A DNA stretch of 64,000 nt, taken from contig JBEKVV010000001.1 of the NCBI GenBank assembly GCA_049513715.1, positions 416,001 to 480,000 of the forward strand, read 5' to 3'. Shown piece after piece: positions 56,400 through 64,000 of the stretch (positions are counted from its first letter, which is position 1; every line of letters begins with the position of its first letter). Position numbers and translations under genes: made by a program. This stretch comes from Candidatus Bathyarchaeia archaeon. GTDB taxonomy: Archaea > Thermoproteota > Bathyarchaeia > 40CM-2-53-6. The notes below the pieces were generated by a model. The model had not been told where the DNA came from and ran no database searches. It worked only from the letters and a program-made list of their open reading frames with translations.

Positions 56400-56978
56400 T
56401 TGCCTAGCTGGTGGGATTTTGCCTACCGTTTCGGAGCTCCCTGGGATTCCGGAAGACCACCAGATGAGCTGAAAGGGCTTGTTGAAGGAGGCCGTTTGAA
56501 GGATGGCAAAGTCCTTGACATTGGCTGCGGGACTGGAACCAGCGTCCTCTACCTTGCCAAGAGAGGCTTTCAAGCCTTCGGCGTGGATGCCTCAAGAGTA
56601 GCGATTAGGAAGGCAGTCGCGAAAGCAGAGCGGCAGAGCGTGAAGTGTTCCTTCTACTTGCTGGATTTTACAGACACCGAAGCCGTATCAAAAGCGCTTT
56701 CCGCTTTCGACATTTTGTTAGATGTTGGATGCTTCCATAGCCTATCAACGCAAAATAGGGAAAGATATGTTGACTCGCTTATGGTCGTCTCGCGTCCTAA
56801 CAGCATCTACCTACTATGGTTCTTTATTCCCGGTTCGGGCTGGAGCTACGGCCCACCGGGCGTTAGCGAAGAGGAAGTTGAGGGAGCATTTTCCAAGCAG
56901 TTCAACGTAGTTGAGAAGCACCCGGTCGACACAGCATTCAGGCCCATGCACTTCTACATGATGCTGAGACGCCCCTAG
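56400..56978 (+). CDS. Class I SAM-dependent methyltransferase (small-molecule, TPMT-like)
   Basis: APWDSGRPP, VLDIGCGTG, FDILLDVGCFHSL, GPPGVSEEEV. Confidence 0.88.
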   Translation: MPSWWDFAYRFGAPWDSGRPPDELKGLVEGGRLKDGKVLDIGCGTGTSVLYLAKRGFQAFGVDASRVAIRKAVAKAERQSVKCSFYLLDFTDTEAVSKALSAFDILLDVGCFHSLSTQNRERYVDSLMVVSRPNSIYLLWFFIPGSGWSYGPPGVSEEEVEGAFSKQFNVVEKHPVDTAFRPMHFYMMLRRP

Positions 56979-57372
56979 GACCAAAGCGTAAAGGAGAGGA
57001 TTCGAATCTGCCGGAGGAGGATATGGATCACGAGGAGATGTTCGGTGATCCCATTGCCTACGTGATGCTGAACAGGCTGGCGTCGAGGTCTGCGCGACGA
57101 ATCGTTTTGTCTATGTCCGCGCGCCATGGGAGTTGGGGTACCGTGTGTCTTCAGGTCTGATGATTCTGGTCTGTTTACCATCGTACTCATAGGGATCCAT
57201 CCTCAAAAGGCCATGGAGTAGTGCGTAATCGTCCTTCAGCACTAATCCCATTTGTTCTCTGAACCGATCGGCAAGTGCAAAGATGAACTCTCTGGCTAAG
57301 GCATCGCTCCCTTTAAGAGTTAACAATCTACGTTTGAATAGCTGAGTCATCAAGTAGGGTTGACGAAGAACG

Positions 57373-58464
57373 ATGTTTACGCTCGAAACGACAAAGGATG
57401 TAGAGGATCTGATTGTGGGAACGACGATCTTTGGCACTGGCGGAGGAGGAAGTCCACAGACAGGAAAAGCCACTCTCGAATCGGATCTGAAGGCCGGAAG
57501 AAAGCTTCGCGTCGCGAGTCTAGACGAGATCTCTGACGAAGCTCTCGTCGTCAGCCCCTACTATGTGGGATCCGTTGCTCCAGACGTGAAGCCAAGCAAG
57601 AGAATAACAATCTCGGAACCTTTCAGTGTTGGCCTTGCGTCAATTGAGCGGCATTTCAAACGTAAGGTAGCAGCAACAGTTGCCACTGAGCTCGGTGGAA
57701 GCAATACTGCCGCAGCATTACACGTGGCGGCTCAATTGGATATCCCAATCATAGACGGTGATCTGATGGGCAGAGCGGGACCCGAACTTCACCAGAGCAC
57801 AGCACACGTCTTCAATGTACCTATGGCTCCGGCGGTCGTTGTGAGCGAGACCGGCGATGTTGTCTTCATCGAACGCTATGCCGACATCGACGATTACGAA
57901 GCTTTGGCACGCTATGTTTCCGTGCTGGCTGGTGGAATCGCCGCAGTGGTCGATACGCCTCTAACAAAAACCACGGCCGAGAAAATTGTTATCCCAGGCA
58001 CAATTTCCAAATCGCTGACGGTTGGGGGGGCGGTGGGGAAAGCGAACCGAACAGGTAAGGATCCGATAGAAGAGGTAAGAAACATTGTTGGCGGGTGGTT
58101 GCTGTTCCGAGGCGTTGTTCAGAGATATGAGTGGCGAAACGAGAAAGGCTTCTTGTTTGGCGATGTCACTTTAAGCGGAACAGGCGAATCCCGAGGTCAT
58201 GATTTTCGGTCATGGATCAAAAACGAACATATTTTCGCTTGGCGAGACGCGAAGCCTATAGTAATGCCGCCAGATCTCATAATGTTCCTGGACAGTCGAG
58301 GTTTTGGAGTGACAAACGATGCTCTCAAAGTTGGAATGGAAGTGTCTGTTCTAGCAGCAAAGGCACCTGAGGTGTGGCGGTTGGAGAGAGGGATTGAGTT
58401 CTTTGGTCCTAGACACTTCGGGCTTGACTACGATTATGTTCCAGTAGAGATTTTGGTAAAGTAA
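57373..58464 (+). CDS. DUF917-family protein
   Basis: GTTIFGTGGGG, TELGGSN, IDGDLMGRAGPE, KNEHI, PDLI, FGPRHFG. Confidence 0.88.
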   Translation: MFTLETTKDVEDLIVGTTIFGTGGGGSPQTGKATLESDLKAGRKLRVASLDEISDEALVVSPYYVGSVAPDVKPSKRITISEPFSVGLASIERHFKRKVAATVATELGGSNTAAALHVAAQLDIPIIDGDLMGRAGPELHQSTAHVFNVPMAPAVVVSETGDVVFIERYADIDDYEALARYVSVLAGGIAAVVDTPLTKTTAEKIVIPGTISKSLTVGGAVGKANRTGKDPIEEVRNIVGGWLLFRGVVQRYEWRNEKGFLFGDVTLSGTGESRGHDFRSWIKNEHIFAWRDAKPIVMPPDLIMFLDSRGFGVTNDALKVGMEVSVLAAKAPEVWRLERGIEFFGPRHFGLDYDYVPVEILVK

Positions 58465-58759
58465 AAAACTCGCGAACCTACTGAGACATCGAAAGTCTTA
58501 TAGTTTCACCGCGAGAGCGCAGCCTCGGAACCTTTAGCGCTAAGGGTATTCCTAATCGTAATGATATGATCCGTCCGGAGAAAGAATCCGCAGTCATGAA
58601 CGTCTGGGATAACCAAATCCACCTTTCGGACATGAAGCTTCATTGCAGCCACCTGGGAATCACTCCAACCTGGCACTTGGTGGAAATTCGCTTAGACTTA
58701 CTCTTTGTAGACTAAAACTCATACGTGTTTGCGTCCTTTCCACGTGCTTAGTGGATCGC

Positions 58760-59491
58760 ATGAAGAATCCTGTGACTTCCAAAGTCTTCTTGATTGGTCT
58801 TTTGTTGCTTTCAATCACCGCCACTAGAAGTCAAATTGGCGCAGCAAATCCTACCGCAACTCAAATCGGAGCAGCTTCCAAGTCCCATACGACTGGTGGG
58901 CCACATGTACCCCAGAGCGCAACTTTGACCACCGCAACGCAGAGTTCTCAGTCCTCCGACACACATAGCAACCATGGCAGGCAGAGTGGGGTTCCACCTG
59001 GTCTCGTCAACGCGTGGGCGCATTCAAACATGAGCGTGGTCGCAAGAGCGGTAACCCATGCAATCTTCCTGAATGGAACGCACGGCGTAGAGTTAGCTGA
59101 AATCGCAATCAACGCCAGCTCGAACGGACAAATGATCCGGGACGTAGCATTCAACGAAAGCGTCGTTCAAGTTGACCTCGACCACGATGGGAGAGTCGAG
59201 CTCAGTGTCAACTCGTCTGCGAAACCAACCGCCGTCTTTGCGGATGACAATGAACTCTCAGAATCCCAATCCGATGCGGGCTTGACAGTCAACAGCAATA
59301 CGTGGGTATATGACCAAAACAGTCACACGTTGACCGTGTTCGCTGACCCTTCATCTATCACAATATTCTATGGCTCAGCGCCAACACCGGTTCCGGAATC
59401 CCCCTTCGCGTCCATAGCTTTCCTGTTGATCGCTGCCATAGCAGGAGCAGCCCTCGTCGCTCGGAAGAAAGTCAGAAAGTTCGTCAAGTAA
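58760..59491 (+). CDS. Secreted surface protein with a PEF-CTERM-like sorting signal
   Basis: N-terminal signal peptide from ATG 58760; Ser/Thr-rich region; several N-x-S/T sequons; C-terminal PTPVPESP + TM helix + RKKVRK. Confidence 0.75.
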   Translation: MKNPVTSKVFLIGLLLLSITATRSQIGAANPTATQIGAASKSHTTGGPHVPQSATLTTATQSSQSSDTHSNHGRQSGVPPGLVNAWAHSNMSVVARAVTHAIFLNGTHGVELAEIAINASSNGQMIRDVAFNESVVQVDLDHDGRVELSVNSSAKPTAVFADDNELSESQSDAGLTVNSNTWVYDQNSHTLTVFADPSSITIFYGSAPTPVPESPFASIAFLLIAAIAGAALVARKKVRKFVK

Positions 59492-59867
59492 ACTAAGAGT
59501 AGAAGGCGAAACGGATCTTTTTCTTAGCTTCCCGTTTTTTCCGTTCGATACTCATTCAAAGTTGGGTGTGACGAAGAATTATGGTGATGAAAGTCTCTAC
59601 CACCACGGTGATTGGAACGTTTCCTAGGAAATTACCAAGGAAACATTTCCCTCGAATTAGCATAATTATTGAGTAATGTATTGACAAATGGCGGTATATG
59701 CAACTAACTAATGTGCTCGACCTGTTGTCTAGGTGGCAACCTTCTTTTGCCCTCGAGTTCAGCTGCTAGCATATGCCGATCGGCCAGGGAAACGTGGACA
59801 TTCCTTCCGTGATAAGATGTCTTAGAGAAATCGGCTATGACGACAGAGGATTACCGGGATGGTGCAC

Positions 59868-61226
59868 TTATTTGTAGGAAACGGCAACCGGCTTCACCTC
59901 TCCCGTAGATTCAAAGTTCCACAAAGAATCATGCTTTCTGTCCTCTCTTCGATGATATACGTCCAAACATCCTTCATCTGCAAGCCAGGACACGACGCCA
60001 GCGCAAAAAGCAGGCGCCCCGGTTGCTGCAGCTCCTCCATAGAGAATACTTAACGAAGAAGAACCTTTCAATAGCATTGAATTTACAAATTTATGTCTGT
60101 CATCTATAAGCTCCCATTGAATTCCTGAGCATCCTTTCCCTTCTACCATTCTTTCGTCCAGATTGGGTATACAATTTTTTAGATATCGGACCATACTTTC
60201 TTTTGAGTTTGCTCTTCTCCATTCACTCCAAGCAAAGTAGACGAACTGCCTCTTTGTGAACAACTTGAGCCGTTGTGTAAATGGATTTCGGAAAATTGTG
60301 TCCATTGCGGTTCCCAAATCCTCTGAAAAGCCCTTGTATGCATAGGGACCCAGGACTGGGACAGCCGTAGGTCCTAACTCCTTTCTCCAACCACTTATGC
60401 AGTTGTATCGCGTTACAAGATGTGGACCCATATAGGCTATGTCTATTCCTTCAACCCCATGTCTGGTGACGGGGTAGATATTTCTGGTGATTTTAGACAC
60501 GACCGGTCCATCTACTGTCCAATATGTGCCTTTGAGATGCAACTCAGCGTACTGTTTTCCCAAACCGAGCATGCGCGCCAACTTCAGAGCCGCTGCTCCG
60601 GCGGCGTTGATGAGTAAAGAACAAGTTACAAAGGATATCGAACCACTGGCAACATCATGTAGCTCTATCTCAACTCCTTCCGGCATCTCGCGGATTCTAT
60701 GAACTTCTACTCCTCCACCGAATTTGATGCCATTCTGCCTGGCCAGAGCAAAGACTTGGTCACATAGGTCACCGTAAGATGTCATCGATTCTCTTTTGGA
60801 TACCAGTCCCAACACGCATTGAACTTCTGGTTCCAGTTTCTTGATGCCAGCACCGTCCAATAGTTCCATCTCCTCTTCCGTCATGCCGTTCAATCGTCCC
60901 CATTTCTCATATTGCCGGATAAGAAATGCGTCCTCTTCCTCGAATGCGAGCGTGATTCGACCAAGCTCTTTCCACGGTAAGACGTACTCCTGCGCTAGAC
61001 GCTGCCAAAGATGGTAAGACTTTTCCCACCATTTGCCCTGATTACCCTCCGGGTCTAAAAATACGGGCCTGTGGACTCCGCCCGTGTTTCGTGAAGTTTG
61101 ATGGAACCCCACACCCGCCTCCTTGTCTACAAGCATGATTGAACAGTCATATAACTCAGATAACCAGAACGCCAAATTCACCCCAATCACACCAGCACCG
61201 ATTATTATGATGTCGTATCTAGCCAC
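59868..61226 (-). CDS. FAD-dependent oxidoreductase (L-2-hydroxyglutarate oxidase/DAO family)
   Basis: YDIIIIGAGVIG, HQTSRNTGGVH, LINAAG, LKGTYW, GPTA. Confidence 0.85.
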   Translation of the reverse strand: MARYDIIIIGAGVIGVNLAFWLSELYDCSIMLVDKEAGVGFHQTSRNTGGVHRPVFLDPEGNQGKWWEKSYHLWQRLAQEYVLPWKELGRITLAFEEEDAFLIRQYEKWGRLNGMTEEEMELLDGAGIKKLEPEVQCVLGLVSKRESMTSYGDLCDQVFALARQNGIKFGGGVEVHRIREMPEGVEIELHDVASGSISFVTCSLLINAAGAAALKLARMLGLGKQYAELHLKGTYWTVDGPVVSKITRNIYPVTRHGVEGIDIAYMGPHLVTRYNCISGWRKELGPTAVPVLGPYAYKGFSEDLGTAMDTIFRNPFTQRLKLFTKRQFVYFAWSEWRRANSKESMVRYLKNCIPNLDERMVEGKGCSGIQWELIDDRHKFVNSMLLKGSSSLSILYGGAAATGAPAFCAGVVSWLADEGCLDVYHRREDRKHDSLWNFESTGEVKPVAVSYK

Positions 61227-61442
61227 GGCGAAAGGTCACCTTTAGGCGATATAAAGCTCCATTCGAGAGGAACATTCAGCAATATGCGGCATTCTTAGTC
61301 CCTTGCACGTCTGATGTCCAGGCTATCTGATGAACCTAGTTGTTGAAAACCAATGCTGTAAAAAGCAAAAGCATCCAAGGGCCAGTGGAATGAGGGCTAA
61401 GATCATTGAACTTGGTTTTGAAAAAAAATCGTAGGAAGGCTA

Positions 61443-61655
61443 CTAGTCGAATGTGACTTTGAAGTATTCTGCGATCTTGAGCGGGTGCCATTGCGAATCA
61501 AAGGCTACGTCTCGCATGTTTCTTATCCGCATGACCGTTCTCGTTCCTTTCCCCATGTCTTCAAGCTTGAAATCCACAATACCATCATATGCCGCTTCCA
61601 GTTGCTTGTATAACGAATCGCTTATCGCTTTTCGCTTATCCGACGAAAGTCCCAA
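61443..61655 (-). CDS. Small hypothetical protein
   Basis: 70-aa ORF directly downstream of and co-oriented with AOR. Confidence 0.5.
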   Translation of the reverse strand: MGLSSDKRKAISDSLYKQLEAAYDGIVDFKLEDMGKGTRTVMRIRNMRDVAFDSQWHPLKIAEYFKVTFD

Positions 61656-61686
61656 TTACAACACAGGCGCTCCAGGAGCAACTCGA

Positions 61687-63606
61687 TCAGGCGGGCAACT
61701 TGCCTTTCTGCTCGAGCTCGGCTGCTACTTCGCCTAGTCCTAGTCTCTCCAAAGTGATCCTGTAGGGCCAGCTGGTCTTTGAATCCCATTCGTGGAGTTG
61801 GTAGTATTGGTCGAGCATCATGTCGAGCTCTTGTTTAGAGTTCATCACTTTTCCCCATGCTGATGTGCCAGGCTCGTTCATCAGTCGCCAAGGGAGATCG
61901 TCGATTTCACGGGTAGCACCCTCTCTCACGTTGAAGCACTTCTCCAGCGTGACAATTCTCCTACCTGCCAACATCATGAGCGCCTCATCGGACTCAATAC
62001 CTGTCGCAGCAGTGAAGAAATCCGCCATGGCCTTCGGGCTTACCGAGTAGGCATCGGTCGTGGTGAAGGAACAGAACCCAAGCGCATCGGTCACAGCATA
62101 GCAGTCCTCATGCCATCTAATTATCTCTGGCCTAAATTCGGTGAGGATGGGGGATGCCCACTTCTTGTCACCTGTGATCCGCTCTATCAAAGCTAAAGCT
62201 TCGGGGCTCGCGCCGAACTCGGCGAAGACCTGAGTATGTAGATGATCGGGCCCCCTCGGGTTCACAGCAAAAGCGAGTGCGTATCCCTTGGCTGAACGCG
62301 TTTCTACGCTAGACTGCTCTAACCCTTTAGAGTTGCACATGGCCCATTTCCAAGATTCGTGACCCACCCTTTCAGAGGCTCGCTTGACTCCCTCAGCCAA
62401 AAGATTCCCAATCCTACCCTCTCTGTACCCTATCCTTTGGATTATCTCCACTAGGACTTCGGCGTTGCCGAATGCAACATCAAGGCCATCCATGTCTTCT
62501 TTCCCGAGAAGACCTCGTTCATAGGTTTCCATCGCCCAAGCGATTACGACACCAGTCGATATGGTATCGAGGCCGAGGAGGTTACAATATTCGTTGGCCT
62601 TGATGACAGCCTCGGTATCAATAACGTGACTCTGGCCACCTAAAGATACGAATGATTCATACTCAGGGCCACCTGTATAGGTGCCTTTGAACTTCCCCGT
62701 TCTTATCTCAACATAGCGGTGGCAACTGACGATACAGTCATGGCACCCAATTCTCTTCTTCAGGTAGCCTTTATCCACCAAGTTTTGGCCGGTGAGAGGA
62801 CCAACATTCTCTATCTGACCGTGTTGGAAATTGCGGTTCGGAAGAGCACCAAGGGCATTTACTGCCTCCACTGAGCCAGACGTTCCATACTTGTGTAGAA
62901 GCTGGATCTCGCCTTCCTTGCCTAGCGCCTCTCTGATCTTTATCGACAACTCATAGAACTTCGCTGGGTCATGGAGATTCAGTCTCTTTGTTCCTCTAAC
63001 TACCACCGCCTTGAGCTTCTTGGACCCCATGACAGCCCCGGTGCCTCCTCTGGCAGCTGCATTATACACGGAACTCATGATTGCGGAAAACCGGACCAGC
63101 TTTTCGCCTGCAGGGCCAATGCAGGCCACTTCAGCCTCCTTTTCACCTACGTCCTCCTTTAGTTCTTGATTCGCTCGACGTGCATCCATTCCCCAGAAGC
63201 GCGTTGCATCCCTGATCTCTACAGCGTCGTCATGGATCCATAGATAGACTGGTGTGTTAGAAGAGCCGTGGAGCAGGAGGTGATCGAAGCCTGTAAACCT
63301 GAACTCAGCACCCCAGTGTCCGCCCATACTCGATTTCAAGTAGAGATTAGTTATTGGACCTTTGCAAGTTACTGTAGTTCTCCCGCTTGATGGCGCTCCG
63401 CTTCCAGCGAGCAAACCCGGGCCAAAGATCAGTACGTTCGCTGGCGAGAGGGGGTCAACAGTTTCGTTCACGTGCTTCCATAAAAGCAGAGCGTTTATGC
63501 CTCGCCCGCCAAGGAGGCTGATTAAAGTCTGTTGAGAGAGGTCTTCAACCCACACCCTTCTGTCGTTCAAGTCTACGTGCAGAATTTTGCTGTGATATTC
63601 ATTCAT
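61687..63606 (-). CDS. Aldehyde:ferredoxin oxidoreductase family (tungsten/molybdopterin) enzyme
   Basis: LGGRG, CIGPAGE, AARGGTGAVMGSKKLKAV, CHDCIVSC, GPEYE, GLDTIS, RGPDHL, DALGFC. Confidence 0.93.
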   Translation of the reverse strand: MNEYHSKILHVDLNDRRVWVEDLSQQTLISLLGGRGINALLLWKHVNETVDPLSPANVLIFGPGLLAGSGAPSSGRTTVTCKGPITNLYLKSSMGGHWGAEFRFTGFDHLLLHGSSNTPVYLWIHDDAVEIRDATRFWGMDARRANQELKEDVGEKEAEVACIGPAGEKLVRFSAIMSSVYNAAARGGTGAVMGSKKLKAVVVRGTKRLNLHDPAKFYELSIKIREALGKEGEIQLLHKYGTSGSVEAVNALGALPNRNFQHGQIENVGPLTGQNLVDKGYLKKRIGCHDCIVSCHRYVEIRTGKFKGTYTGGPEYESFVSLGGQSHVIDTEAVIKANEYCNLLGLDTISTGVVIAWAMETYERGLLGKEDMDGLDVAFGNAEVLVEIIQRIGYREGRIGNLLAEGVKRASERVGHESWKWAMCNSKGLEQSSVETRSAKGYALAFAVNPRGPDHLHTQVFAEFGASPEALALIERITGDKKWASPILTEFRPEIIRWHEDCYAVTDALGFCSFTTTDAYSVSPKAMADFFTAATGIESDEALMMLAGRRIVTLEKCFNVREGATREIDDLPWRLMNEPGTSAWGKVMNSKQELDMMLDQYYQLHEWDSKTSWPYRITLERLGLGEVAAELEQKGKLPA

Positions 63607-64000
63607 GGCCCACTTTCCTCCAATAAAACACGAGCCCTCTCTTCGGCGCGGGACCTCCTATCGGCGAAGTCCCAGTGGATGATGTTTTCAGGGTCGTCTA
63701 TGTCTCCCCATTTCAATGCTCCCGGAGCGCACACTATCGCGCAGGCCGGAACGCCGCCACAGTATTCGCACTTAGCGCACTTCCCCTCGTCGTCGATTCT
63801 AATGACGCTGAAGGGGCAAGCCCAAACACACATCTTGCACCCATTACACAGTTCCCGGTCGACCACATACGCCTGTGTTTCAGGGTGTCTAGTGATGGCG
63901 CCCACAGGACACGCTCTCTCACATGGCGCTGATTCGCACTGCTGACAGATGAAAGGAACGAAGACCGCTTTTGCTTCATCTTTAGAGATCCAGAGCCTTG
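63603..64000 (-). CDS. 4Fe-4S dicluster electron-transfer subunit (5'-truncated by window)
   Basis: Frame open to the window end: ICQQCESAPCERACPVGAI, CNGCKMCVWACPF, KCEYCGGVPACAIVCAPGAL. Confidence 0.9.
   Translation of the reverse strand, partial: RLWISKDEAKAVFVPFICQQCESAPCERACPVGAITRHPETQAYVVDRELCNGCKMCVWACPFSVIRIDDEGKCAKCEYCGGVPACAIVCAPGALKWGDIDDPENIIHWDFADRRSRAEERARVLLEESGP

Noticed and set aside
1..64000. CRISPR array, rRNA genes, intact transposase or integrase
   Set aside because: No regularly spaced short repeats, no rRNA-like stretch and no ORF with DDE, HUH or complete tyrosine-recombinase motifs were seen.

Overview
Archaeal chromosomal segment, most consistent with a TACK-lineage organism such as Bathyarchaeia. 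That placement is inferred from gene order, the RpoD insertions and tRNA intron placement, and is not proven. About 1-45.5 kb is core genome. It holds the cbf5 3' end, a tRNA-Ser(GGA) with two introns, an M1 aminopeptidase and the rps13-rps4-rpoD-rpl18e-rpl13-rps9-rpoN-rps2 cluster (rps11 missing). It continues with an isoprenoid/ether-lipid cluster, then gltX, thermosome, radA, nucS, Lsm, elp3, gatDE, glmS and purA. The lipid cluster unusually carries both a haloarchaeal-type phosphomevalonate decarboxylase and the archaeal modified-mevalonate genes (UbiD + AcnX large/small). About 45.6-56.3 kb is accessory DNA. It has two copies of a ~85 bp structured non-coding element and a tRNA 3'-end att-like remnant. 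It also has two ~370 bp non-coding direct repeats bracketing a cassette that encodes a GP88-like/DPPY-methyltransferase fusion and a DUF5131 (Gp37Gp68) protein, followed by RHH, zinc-ribbon, HEPN and wHTH genes and a DNA-methyltransferase pseudogene. About 56.4-64 kb holds metabolic genes: SAM MTase, DUF917, a sortase-type surface protein, an FAD oxidoreductase, and AOR plus an Fe-S subunit. All calls are by eye from motifs; no searches were run.
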